Below the pieces are notes generated by a model that was given only the letters and a program-made list of their open reading frames with translations, was not told where the DNA came from and searched no databases. DNA of 64,000 nucleotides from Methanotrichaceae archaeon. Lineage in GTDB: Archaea > Halobacteriota > Methanosarcinia > Methanotrichales > Methanotrichaceae. The translations under genes were made by a program, and so were the position numbers. The DNA is taken from contig CAWEXU010000017.1 of NCBI GenBank assembly GCA_963813075.1, positions 64,001 to 128,000 of the forward strand, given 5' to 3'. Of the stretch, positions 51,968-61,987 are shown piece after piece (within the stretch, counting starts at the first letter, position 1; every line of letters begins with the position of its first letter).

Positions 51968-53521
51968 TCATCGCTCCATTCTATCCATTGCCGTGCTTAT
52001 GACATTGTGCTCCGGCTCGCCGGCCTTTCCTGACGCCTCATCTCCTCCGGGCCTGCCAGAAGATCTCTTTCTCCTGGCCAGAGCGGCGAGCATGGCCTCA
52101 AAGGTGAAGCTCTCCGGGATTACGTCCACCGCTACCCCCAGGCGGGATAGCTCCTCTGCCGTGGGCTTGCCGATGGCAGCTACGGTGGCCTTTTCAAGTG
52201 CTCTATGCAGCTCTTCTTCTCTTCCCAACTCGGTTGCCCTTTCCACCAGATTCCGAGCGGTTGAGGAGCTGGTGAAGGCAAATATGTCCACCTCGCCCGC
52301 CCGCTCTATCAGCCGGTCCAGGCGGGGATCGAATGAATTCACCACCCCATAAAGGGGAATGTCATCCACCAGGATCCCCGCTGCCCTCAGGCCATCGGAA
52401 AGGTACTGGCTCCCCTGGGCGCTGCGCAGAAATAGGATGCTCTTGAACCTCTTCTTGAGCATACGCTCCAGGCCCTCTGAGCTGTAGCTTTCCGGCATCT
52501 CTGACTCAAGGCCGTACTCGGTCAGAGCCTGCTTTGTCTTGGGACCGATGGAGACGATCTTTTTTCCCGCCAATGCTCCAGATATGGCTTTATCCTCTAA
52601 AGCGATATGCACCCCATTGGCGCTGGTGAAGGCCACGCAATCCGCGGCATCGATCCTATCGAGCAGATCAGTTGGCAGGGACTTTTTCTCCAGGGAGATG
52701 GCCGGAGCAGATATTGGAGAAAATCCGTAACGCTCCGCCAGGGCTACCGACTCATCCTGCTGGCCCGCCGGCCTGAGGATGGCGATCTTCTCCTGGGCAA
52801 GGACTTCTGCCAGCCGGACAACATCTCCCACCACCAGAATGGCTGGAGACTCTACATTCTCTGTCCTCGCCCTCTCGGCAATATCCTCCAGGGTCCCCAC
52901 GATCAGCCTCTGATCCGGCCAGCCACCCTTCTCCACCATAGCCGCCGGGGTCTGGGGAGACTTTCCCGCCTGGACGAGCCTGCGGGTGTTCTCCTCCAGC
53001 CGGGAGACGCCCATGAGAACAACCAGGGTCCCACTAAGCCTGGCAATCGCCTGCCAGTCGAGTGGCGAATCCTTTCCCGGCTCCTCATGGCCGGTGACGA
53101 TGGTCAGGGCCGAAGCCACCTTTCTGTGGGTGACCGGAATTCCCGCCATCTCCGGGGCGGCGATGGCCGAGGTGACGCCGGGCACAACCTCAAATGGGAT
53201 TGCTCTTTCCCGGCAGGCCATCGCCTCCTCTCCCCCTCTGCCGAAAAGGTAGGGGTCCCCGCCCTTCAGCCGGACCACGATCTTTCCCTCTTCTGCTTTG
53301 TCGACCAGCAGCTGGTTTATCTCCTCCTGCTTGAGCTTATGCCTCCCCGCGTTCTTGCCAACGTCGATCAGCTCTCCTGTCACCCCGTCCAGCATCCTGG
53401 GGTCTAGCAGCCGGTCGAAGAGGACAACATCTGCCTCCATGAGCCTCTTTTTTCCTTTGATCGTCAGGAGCTCCGGGTCTCCGGGTCCCGCTCCCACCAG
53501 ATAAACCTTACCGATTGCCAA
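51968..53521 (-). CDS. cobA: Uroporphyrinogen-III C-methyltransferase / uroporphyrinogen-III synthase fusion
   Basis: Motifs GAGPGDPELLT and RLKGGDP, then HemD motifs FTSANGV and FTSSST. Confidence 0.93.
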   Translation of the reverse strand: MAIGKVYLVGAGPGDPELLTIKGKKRLMEADVVLFDRLLDPRMLDGVTGELIDVGKNAGRHKLKQEEINQLLVDKAEEGKIVVRLKGGDPYLFGRGGEEAMACRERAIPFEVVPGVTSAIAAPEMAGIPVTHRKVASALTIVTGHEEPGKDSPLDWQAIARLSGTLVVLMGVSRLEENTRRLVQAGKSPQTPAAMVEKGGWPDQRLIVGTLEDIAERARTENVESPAILVVGDVVRLAEVLAQEKIAILRPAGQQDESVALAERYGFSPISAPAISLEKKSLPTDLLDRIDAADCVAFTSANGVHIALEDKAISGALAGKKIVSIGPKTKQALTEYGLESEMPESYSSEGLERMLKKRFKSILFLRSAQGSQYLSDGLRAAGILVDDIPLYGVVNSFDPRLDRLIERAGEVDIFAFTSSSTARNLVERATELGREEELHRALEKATVAAIGKPTAEELSRLGVAVDVIPESFTFEAMLAALARRKRSSGRPGGDEASGKAGEPEHNVISTAMDRMER

Positions 53522-54431
53522 AAAACCTCACCGCCTCGTCCACCAGCTCTCTTCCTCCCATCCTCATCAGCCTCTCGCCCAAATCTCCTGCCAGTGCCAG
53601 ATAATCCTCATTTAAAGAGATCCTCTCCTCCAGGCGGACGAACCTCTTGCCGTCCGGGGACAGGACCTCTGCCAGCACCCACGCCTCTTTGTTCTCTACC
53701 AGGGCATGAGCGGCCATGGGCACCACGCAGCCTCCGCCCACGGTCTCCATGATCTTTCGCTCGATCATGGTCTCAGTTCGGGTAAGAGAATCGTCCAGGG
53801 AACGGGAGCAGGCCTCAGCTTCTGATCCGGCTCTGGCGACCACAACTATCGTCCCCTGGTTGGCAGAGGGAACGAACCTATGCCGATCAAGCCTCAGATA
53901 ATCGGGAGTGATGCCCATCCGCTCAAGGCCGGCCTCGGCCAGGACTATGGCATCGTAGTCTCCTCTCTTTAGCTTGCCCAGTCTGGTCTGCAGATTTCCC
54001 CGCAGGCTTGAAATGTTCAGGTCGGGCCGGGCGCGGAGAAGCTGGGCCATCCGCCGCATGCTCGATGTCCCCACCTTTGCTCCCCGGTCCAGCTCCTCGA
54101 TGCTCCCCACCGAATCCTTCCGGCAGAGGAGGACGTCATAGGGAGAGTTGCGTTTCAGCACGGCGGAGACGATCAACTCCTCTGGCCTTTTGGTGGGCAG
54201 GTCTTTCATGCTGTGCACGGCAAGATCGATCTCTCCGGATAACATGCGCTCGTCTATCTCCGCCACGAAGACCCCAAAACCGGTGAGCTGATGGAGGGGC
54301 TTGTCTAAGAAGACGTCCCCGCTGGTCTTCACCCTGCACAGCTGGGTCTGGATGCCCAGATTGTTCAGCTTTTCCTGGACGATCTCGGTCTGGCGCAGGG
54401 CCAGAGGGCTGCCCCTCGTACCTACGATCAA
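53508..54431 (-). CDS. hemC: Hydroxymethylbilane synthase
   Basis: Motifs [24 protein letters not shown] and GGGC. Confidence 0.95.
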   Translation of the reverse strand: MIVGTRGSPLALRQTEIVQEKLNNLGIQTQLCRVKTSGDVFLDKPLHQLTGFGVFVAEIDERMLSGEIDLAVHSMKDLPTKRPEELIVSAVLKRNSPYDVLLCRKDSVGSIEELDRGAKVGTSSMRRMAQLLRARPDLNISSLRGNLQTRLGKLKRGDYDAIVLAEAGLERMGITPDYLRLDRHRFVPSANQGTIVVVARAGSEAEACSRSLDDSLTRTETMIERKIMETVGGGCVVPMAAHALVENKEAWVLAEVLSPDGKRFVRLEERISLNEDYLALAGDLGERLMRMGGRELVDEAVRFFGNR

Positions 54432-55696
54432 TTCTTCAGGCAGGAGCGGAACGCCTCCAGGGTGGTCTCAATCACATCTTGGGTGTGGCTTGCAGAAATG
54501 AAGTCCGTCTCGTACTGGCTGGGAGTGAGGAAGATGCCTGAATCCAGCATCCTGCGGAAGAGCTCGATGTAGCCCTGTTTGTCGCACCTCAGGGCCTGTG
54601 CATAATTGTGAGGCTCCGGGCCGAAGAATATCTTGAACATGGAGGCGATGCCGACCACACTGTAGTTCAGCCTCTGGTCTTCTACTATCTCCGCCAGGCG
54701 CGACCTCATCATCTCTCCCGTCCGGTTGAGTTTGCTGAGGGTATCCTCCTTTTCCATGACATCAAGCGTTGCCAGGCCGGCAGCCAGGGAGACAGGGCTG
54801 CCATTGAATGTCCCCGCCTGGTAGATCGGCCCTCCAGGGGCCACCCGGTCCATCAGGTCAGCCCGGCCTCCGAAGACCCCGATGGGAAAGCCTCCGCCGA
54901 TGATCTTTCCCAGAGTGGTCAGATCGGGCTTGATGCCAAAGAGCTCCTGCGCCCCGCCCAGGGATAGCCGAAAACCGGTTATGACCTCGTCGAAGATCAG
55001 CAGCACATCGTTCTTTGCAGTCAGCCGGCGCACCTCCTCTAAGTAGCCCTTCTCCGGCAGGACAGGTCCTACATTTCCCAGGACCGGCTCCATGATCAGG
55101 CCGGCGATCTGGCCTGAGAAACTCTCCAGGATATCCTCCAGGGCGGCCGGGTCGTTGTAGGGCACCTGGAGGGTGTTTTTGGCGGCATCCTTTGGGACCC
55201 CACTGGAGTCGGGAATGCCCAGCGTTGTGGCTCCTGAGCCCGCTTTCACCAGGACGCTGTCATGAGCGCCGTGAAATCCTCCCTCGATCTTGATGATCAT
55301 GTCTTTGCCGGTGCTCCCCCGGGCCACGCGAATGGCGGCCATGGTGGCTTCAGTCCCGCTGCTCACAAAGCGCAGCCGCTCCATGCTGGGGTAGTGGCCG
55401 GATATCCTCCGGGCCAGCCTGACCTCCAGCTCGCTTGGGGTGCCGTAAAGCCAGCCCCGATCCATCTGATCCGCCACTGCTCCTCTTATGGCCGGATGGC
55501 GGTGGCCCAGGATCATGGGGCCGTAAGCCAGACAGTAATCGATGAACCTGTTGCCGTCGCAGTCCCATAGATAGGGGCCCTCCGCCCGGGCGGTGTAGAA
55601 GGGATGGGGAGAGATTGCGCGCACGGGGCTGGAGACCCCGCCTGGCATCAGTCTTCTCGCCTGGTCAAAGAGCCGGATGGAAGAATCAAAACGCAT
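54428..55696 (-). CDS. hemL: Glutamate-1-semialdehyde 2,1-aminomutase
   Basis: Motifs [26 protein letters not shown] and GKIIGGG. Confidence 0.96.
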   Translation of the reverse strand: MRFDSSIRLFDQARRLMPGGVSSPVRAISPHPFYTARAEGPYLWDCDGNRFIDYCLAYGPMILGHRHPAIRGAVADQMDRGWLYGTPSELEVRLARRISGHYPSMERLRFVSSGTEATMAAIRVARGSTGKDMIIKIEGGFHGAHDSVLVKAGSGATTLGIPDSSGVPKDAAKNTLQVPYNDPAALEDILESFSGQIAGLIMEPVLGNVGPVLPEKGYLEEVRRLTAKNDVLLIFDEVITGFRLSLGGAQELFGIKPDLTTLGKIIGGGFPIGVFGGRADLMDRVAPGGPIYQAGTFNGSPVSLAAGLATLDVMEKEDTLSKLNRTGEMMRSRLAEIVEDQRLNYSVVGIASMFKIFFGPEPHNYAQALRCDKQGYIELFRRMLDSGIFLTPSQYETDFISASHTQDVIETTLEAFRSCLKN

Positions 55697-55972
55697 CACA
55701 GGAAGGTTCTCTGTGAGCAGATTAATCAATCTTACGATAAAGGCGGATCTTGCCATTACCTCCACACAGGCCAGGAGCCACCCACTGGGGGGAGATGAGC
55801 GCTCTTACTATTATTATTTACAAAAAGTATATATAATAGTAATTACAACTAAGACTATATTAGTATACTAAAAGGGTTATGGGACTAAAGAGAGGTCGTA
55901 TAAGAGGGCATGCGGGCAGCATAGTTATAAAAAACAACAGAGATTAAATAAAGAGCAAAGGGATGGCACGAA

Positions 55973-57181
55973 TCAGTGATCTGCTGCCCGCCAGCCCAAT
56001 TCTTCTACTTTTTTGATAATCATGCGCAAGGGCATGCCTGCCTCTTTTGCAATCCTTTTGCAGTCCTCGTACTCCGCTTTGACATTTATGAGGCTGCCGT
56101 CCATCCGGCTGATCTTCACCGCGGCGCTATAAGCCACTCCCTCAAGATTCAGGTTTACAGTCTTCTCCTCCCTCTCCGCCACAAAACGGTGCAGGCTGGG
56201 AAAGACCCGCACCCCCAGAGACCCCGTCTCCCTGACGATTATTCCTGCCAGCCGGGACATATCCTCATGACGGGTCAATGCCCGGATGACGTTTCCGCTC
56301 CTCCCTTTCTTCATCACCGCGGGGATGACGGAGACGTCCAGCGCTCCTTCATGCATTAGAAGTTCAATCAGATGGCCCAGCACCTCGCCGGTGACATCAT
56401 CCACATTGGTCTCCAGCTGCACTACCCTCTCCCCATGATGATCCGAATCCCTTTCATCCGCCTTTGAGGGGGAGATGATCTTCGCCTTAATCCCTCGCAG
56501 CAGGTTGGGAACGGCCAGATCCCGACTGCCTGCGCCATATCCCACTCTCTGTGCCTGGATGAGGGGGAAGCGAGGGACGAACTCGTCCACCAGTGCCGCC
56601 AGCAGGGCCGCCCCGGTGGGGGTGAGAAGCTCATGGTCCACCGGCCCCCCCATCCAGGGAATATCATGAGCCCGCAGGATCTCCAGGGCTGCTGGCCCGG
56701 GAACGGGAAGGAGCCCATGAGCAGTTTCGACATATCCTCCTCCTACGGAGACGGGCCGGGATAAGATTCGATCCGCATTCAGGCTGACCGAGGCCTCACA
56801 GGATCCGGCTATATCCGCGAGGGCATCCAGGGCACCGACCTCATGAAAATGGGCCTGGCTCTTGGGCACATCATGAACCCGGCTCTCCGCCTCCGCCAGA
56901 ATATCCAGGGCGGCAAGGGCTCTTTTCAGTGCCTCGCCCTCAAGGCTTGAGCCCTGCAGGATGGATACCGCCTCCTCCAGGGAATGATACCTCCGGTCTG
57001 AGATCACCCGCGCCCTGGTGGCAGAGATATGCCCCTTCTCCTGCCGGAAGATCTCCAGGCCGCATCCCACTGACTCCACAGCCTTTCTGACCCGGTTTTC
57101 ATCTGCTCCCAGGTCTAAGAGTGCGGCCAATATCATGTCTCCGGCTGCGCCGGCGCTGGGGTCGAAGAGAAGGGCGAACAT
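55973..57181 (-). CDS. larC: LarC-family nickel insertion protein
   Basis: Motifs GAAGDM, HFHEVG, ELLTPTGAA, LETNVDD, MKKGR and EYED. Confidence 0.9.
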   Translation of the reverse strand: MFALLFDPSAGAAGDMILAALLDLGADENRVRKAVESVGCGLEIFRQEKGHISATRARVISDRRYHSLEEAVSILQGSSLEGEALKRALAALDILAEAESRVHDVPKSQAHFHEVGALDALADIAGSCEASVSLNADRILSRPVSVGGGYVETAHGLLPVPGPAALEILRAHDIPWMGGPVDHELLTPTGAALLAALVDEFVPRFPLIQAQRVGYGAGSRDLAVPNLLRGIKAKIISPSKADERDSDHHGERVVQLETNVDDVTGEVLGHLIELLMHEGALDVSVIPAVMKKGRSGNVIRALTRHEDMSRLAGIIVRETGSLGVRVFPSLHRFVAEREEKTVNLNLEGVAYSAAVKISRMDGSLINVKAEYEDCKRIAKEAGMPLRMIIKKVEELGWRAADH

Positions 57182-57352
57182 ATTTGAGCAATCGCTCTGC
57201 CGATATATACAAATTGGCAATTCCGCCAATGAAAAAAATGAAAACATTTATATCCTGGGACTGCGTCTGTGGCGAGCTTCAGATAGGTCAATTTGGGCTT
57301 CCTGGTCTCTTTTTCACCAATCAGAAAACCCGGAGCCTGAGGAGGATGCGGC

Positions 57353-58909
57353 ATGAAAGCGAGAATAGTCCTGGACATTATCGGCACTGTTCTGAATATC
57401 CTGGGCCTGCTATTACTTCTTCCAGGGATGGTTGCAGCATTCTATCATGAGACAGATGGAGTTGTGGCTTTTGCTCTGACCTCCATGATCTCGATGTCGG
57501 CCGGCATAGTCCTGAAGCGACTGGGCGAGAAAGGGACAGTTGGCAATAAAGAGGCGTTCGCCGCCGTTACGTTTAGCTGGTTATTTGCCACGGTTTTTGG
57601 ATCGCTTCCCTTCGTATTCCAGGGCCTGAGCCCAGTTGATGCTCTATTTGAATCAGTATCGGGCTTTTCCGCCACCGGGGCAACGATACTATCAGAATAC
57701 AATTCCCTGGGCTACTACATAGTTAATTCTACCCTGGCCGACAACAGCATGGCAATGCATCTGGCCGGCTTTTTGGCCAGGCTGACGGGAACCAGTGAGA
57801 TTCTCCCGATAGTCGATCATACCTATTACGGCCTTCTCTTCTGGAGGTCATTCCAGCAGCTCATAGGCGGACTGGGAATAATTCTGTTGGTAGTCGCCGT
57901 GTTTCCGCAGCTGCGAGTCGCAGGTCTTCAGCTTTACCGGGCGGAAACCGTCGGGCCGACCAAGGACACAATCACACCTCGAGCGGTTCAAACTGCCAGA
58001 ATACTTTGGAAAGTATATTTGCTCTTGAATGCAATAGAGATACTCTTGCTTTCGGCAGCGGGAATGCCCCTATATGATGCAGTGTGCACGGCATTCTCCA
58101 CTCTGGCTACCGGCGGCTTTTCTCCTCAAGCTTCAAGCCTCGTCGCTTATAATAGTCCTCTAATAGAGGGAATAGTTGCTATTTTCATAATCCTGGGCAT
58201 GTCCAGACTGACACTGCACTACACGGTTCTGACCTCAGATCGCGGGGCTTGGTTTAAGGATGAAGAGGTCCGATTCATGATCTTGATCCTGGCGGTGACT
58301 GTTCTGATCCTCATGTTCTTCGGCGGAATAGATGGCCCGCTGCAGGATCGCTTCCGGTTTGCATCCTTTCAGGCAGTCTCCTTCATGGGAACATGCGGCT
58401 TCGTAAACTCCACAGATTATGATAAATGGTCAACGGCTGCCAAAGCGGCTTTGATCATATTAATGCTTATAGGAGGCTGCATCGGCTCGACCGCCGGAGG
58501 TATAAAGGTGGGAAGGCTGCTTGTGGATCTGAAACACGCCTACAATGAGCTCTTCCGCATGCTCCATCCCCATGCAGTCATCTCGGTAAAGCTAGGAGAG
58601 GTCAGTGTGAAAGAGGATATCCTTCAAACCATGCTCTTTTACTCTTTCTTCTACCTGGCAGTATGGTTAGCACTCACCCTGGCTCTGGCCATGGTCTCCG
58701 CAGGCGATCCGCGGGTAGATCTGCAAGTAGCAGCCTCAGGCATAGCATCTTGCATGGGTGGCGTGGGCCCGGGGTTCGGCATAATAACCTTCGACTGGTC
58801 CCAGATATCGGAAGCCGGAAAGATGATCGGCTTTTTCGCCATGTTCATCGGTCGGCTGGAGCTTATGCCAATATTCTTATTGCTTATTCCAGAATTATGG
58901 AGGGAATGA
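57353..58909 (+). CDS. trkH: TrkH-family potassium uptake protein (copy 1)
   Basis: Motifs FESVSG, LATGGFS, IGGCIGSTAGGIK and GRLE. Confidence 0.9.
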   Translation: MKARIVLDIIGTVLNILGLLLLLPGMVAAFYHETDGVVAFALTSMISMSAGIVLKRLGEKGTVGNKEAFAAVTFSWLFATVFGSLPFVFQGLSPVDALFESVSGFSATGATILSEYNSLGYYIVNSTLADNSMAMHLAGFLARLTGTSEILPIVDHTYYGLLFWRSFQQLIGGLGIILLVVAVFPQLRVAGLQLYRAETVGPTKDTITPRAVQTARILWKVYLLLNAIEILLLSAAGMPLYDAVCTAFSTLATGGFSPQASSLVAYNSPLIEGIVAIFIILGMSRLTLHYTVLTSDRGAWFKDEEVRFMILILAVTVLILMFFGGIDGPLQDRFRFASFQAVSFMGTCGFVNSTDYDKWSTAAKAALIILMLIGGCIGSTAGGIKVGRLLVDLKHAYNELFRMLHPHAVISVKLGEVSVKEDILQTMLFYSFFYLAVWLALTLALAMVSAGDPRVDLQVAASGIASCMGGVGPGFGIITFDWSQISEAGKMIGFFAMFIGRLELMPIFLLLIPELWRE

Positions 58910-58910
58910 T

Positions 58911-60224
58911 ATGCGTATACTAATCACAGGTGCTGGCGAGGTGGGCTTTCTCATAGCCAGCGAGCTGCATGCCGACCATGATGTGACGGTCATAGACAAA
59001 GATCCCGATTCTTGTGCCCGGCTTCAGGACATGGATGTGAAGGTCCTGCAGGGGAATGCCGCCAACGCCCGGCTTCTCCAGGAGGCGGATATCACAAAGA
59101 CGGATATCGTTGTGGCAGTGACCGGAAACGATGAGGTGAATGTGATAACCTGCATCATAGCCTCTCACCTGGGGGTGAGGCAGACCATCGCCAGGGTGAG
59201 CAATCCCGAGTACATCGATCAGCCAGTGCAGGATCGAAAGGAGATCGGCATATCCTATATGATCTGCCCGGAATTGACCATGGCTGAGGATATGGCAAGC
59301 TCATTATATTTTTCTTCCATGCTCATGAACCGGGACCTGGCCAATGGACTGGTCGAGCTGGTGGAGTTCAAGGTAACACCTGAGATGAACATCCAGGGGC
59401 CGGTGGAGAACATAGTCCTTCCCAATAACTGCAACTTGATCGCCATAAACCGATCCGGCGAGATAACCTTACCGAAAAAGGGGGACATGATCAGATCAGA
59501 TGACCACCTGATGCTGCTGTGCGACTCGAGGTCCCTTCCCGCCCTGGCCAGGTTGCTGCATGAGTCCAAGACCACTCATAAGGTGATGATTGTGGGCGGG
59601 GGGATGGTGGGCTTCTATCTGGCCAGCAGGCTGGAGAAGATGGGCATGGACGTCAAGCTCATTGAAAAGGATGCTGAACGCTGCGCAGAGATCGCAGATA
59701 AGCTCACGGGGACAATGATACTGAACGGCGATGGCTCAGACTTATCCCTTCTTCAAGAGGAGGGAGCGGGGACGATGGATGTGGTCTATGCCGTAACTGG
59801 TCATGATGACAAGAACCTCTTATGCTCCCTCCTGGTAAAGCAGCTGGGGGCCAGGAAGATCCTCTCCCGGGTGAACAGGAACGTCTATATCAAGCTCTTC
59901 GAGATGGTGGGGGTGGACAGAGCGGTCAGCCCGGGGCAGGTTACTGCCGATGCCGTCCTCCAGAGGGTGATCGGCGGAGAAGAGGTGATCACCTTGAGCG
60001 ATGAGAGGATGGAGCTGGTGGATTTCATCGCCAAGCCGGGAGCGAAAATCGTGGGCAAGTCGATATCCAAAGAGCTTCCCAAGAACTCTCTCGCCGGCAT
60101 GGTCTTAAGAGACGGCATGCCGATTGTCCCATATGAGGACTTCAAGGTGTCAGCCGGCGACCGGGTATTTGTGATGTCCATGCCCGATGCGGTCTCCAAG
60201 GTGAAAAAGCTCTTCGTGGTCTAA
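58911..60224 (+). CDS. trkA: Trk system regulatory subunit
   Basis: Two RCK-N domains (GAGEVG, GGGMVG). Confidence 0.93.
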   Translation: MRILITGAGEVGFLIASELHADHDVTVIDKDPDSCARLQDMDVKVLQGNAANARLLQEADITKTDIVVAVTGNDEVNVITCIIASHLGVRQTIARVSNPEYIDQPVQDRKEIGISYMICPELTMAEDMASSLYFSSMLMNRDLANGLVELVEFKVTPEMNIQGPVENIVLPNNCNLIAINRSGEITLPKKGDMIRSDDHLMLLCDSRSLPALARLLHESKTTHKVMIVGGGMVGFYLASRLEKMGMDVKLIEKDAERCAEIADKLTGTMILNGDGSDLSLLQEEGAGTMDVVYAVTGHDDKNLLCSLLVKQLGARKILSRVNRNVYIKLFEMVGVDRAVSPGQVTADAVLQRVIGGEEVITLSDERMELVDFIAKPGAKIVGKSISKELPKNSLAGMVLRDGMPIVPYEDFKVSAGDRVFVMSMPDAVSKVKKLFVV

Positions 60225-60307
60225 TGAGCAGATCATTTTTATAGGAACAGCCGATAAGTGCCAGTTTCAGGAGGATGCCCTCCGCCATTTTGGTGCGGCA
60301 TTGTTTG

Positions 60308-61877
60308 ATGAAATTCAGGGTGTTTCTGCGGCTGCTTGCATCTCTGCTGAAGATACTGGCAGTCTTGCTCCTCGTTCCCGGTGCAGTAGCCGCCATCTAT
60401 GCCGAGACGGGAGGGGTGATCGCCTTTGCTGCCACGTCCCTCTTCAGCCTGGCCACGGGAATAGCCTGGGAAAGCTGTCCTCAGAGGAAGAGCCGGGCTT
60501 GAAAGAGGCTTTTGCTCTGGTGGCACTGGGCTGGATAGGCGTCGCCTTCTTCGGAGCGCTTCCCTATTTCTTCCTGGGAATGAGCATGATCGATGGCCTC
60601 TTCGAGTCCATGTCCGCCTTGACCACCACCGGATCGTCCATTTTCACCGAGACTAATCAACTTGGCTACTGGACGATAAACCAGACCCTGGCCAACAATA
60701 GCCTGGTGGCGGAAATGCAGCACGAGCTGGTAAGGCTGACCGGCGACGCCCCCCTTCTCCGGATAAGAGGCCGCCCTGATGATACGATCATGGGACTGCT
60801 CTTCTGGAGGTCCTTTGCCCAGTGGTTGGGCGGGATGGGGATAATACTGCTGTTCGTGGCCATACTGCCCCGTCTGGGAGTGGCGGGACGGCAGCTTTAT
60901 CGGGCAGAGGTTCCCGGCCCGGAGAAGGAATCCAGTTACTCCCAGGATCAAGCAGACCGCCAGGATGCTCTGGATGGTCTATATCCTCCTGACCTTCATG
61001 GAGATCGCCCTCCTCATCCTGGCCGGAATGCCCCTCTTCGACTCATTCTGCCATGCCTTCTCCTCCCTGGCCACAGGAGGCTTCTCGCCCCAGGGATTGA
61101 GCATTATGGCCTATAATAGCTGGATCATCGATGCCATCATCACCTTATTCTGTTTCCTGGCCGGGGCCAACTTCGTCCTGCACTATAGAATGCTCGCCTC
61201 CGACCGGAAGGCTCTGATCAGTGACACAGAGTTCAAGCTGTACGCTTTGATCATCCTGGCAGCGACATTGGTCATCATCCTCTGGGGAGGACTGGAGGGG
61301 GACATCTTCCAGAAGATTCAGCTGGCGGGATTCCAGGTGGTCTCGATATTGACCACCACCGGCTTTGCCACCGCCGATTTCGATCAATGGACGGCAACTG
61401 CCAAGATCACTCTTCTCCTCCTCATGATCATAGGAGGCTGTGCCGGCTCCACCGCAGGAGCAATCAAGGTCGTTCGATTGATACTGATCTTTAAGAGCGC
61501 ATACCGAGAGCTGATTCGCACTCTTCATCCCAAAGCGGTCCTGAGCGTCCGGCTGGGAGAGATTGCCGTAAAAGAGGAGATTCTAAGGGCGAGCAACATC
61601 TTCGTCTCCATGTACATCATCATCTTTGCCACAGCCTCCCTGCTCCTGGCCATCATCTGCTCTGGCGATCCGGGGATGGATATCCAGAGCGTCCTATCCG
61701 CAGTGGCGACAACCCTGGGGAACGTGGGACCGGGATTTGGAGCAGTGGGGCCGATGTATAGCTTTGCTGATATCCATCCCGCCGGAAAGATGCTTCTCTT
61801 CTTATGCATGTGGATCGGCCGGCTGGAAGTGGTGACCGCTTTAGTCCTATCTGGTGCCGGAGTTCTGGAAAAAGTGA
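60308..61877 (+). CDS. trkH: TrkH-family potassium uptake protein (copy 2; frameshifts ~60467, ~60935, ~61850)
   Basis: Motifs LTTTG, LATGGFS, TTTGFAT, GGCAGSTAG, LGNVGPG and GRLE across fragments. Confidence 0.88.
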
Positions 61878-61922
61878 TTTGGATTGAGGTGATATTCAAT
61901 CTAATCTTCATTATCCTTTGCC

Positions 61923-61987
61923 TCAATCCTGTTCCATCAATCCTGTTCCATCAATCCTGTTCCATCAATCCTGTTCCATCAATCCTG
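61923..61987. repeat. Perfect tandem repeat (TCAATCCTGTTCCA)x4.6
   Basis: Units start at 61923, 61937, 61951 and 61965, with a partial unit at 61979. Confidence 0.95.

Noticed and set aside
61923..61987. Possible CRISPR array
   Set aside because: The 14-bp units are contiguous with no spacers, and there are no cas genes in the window.
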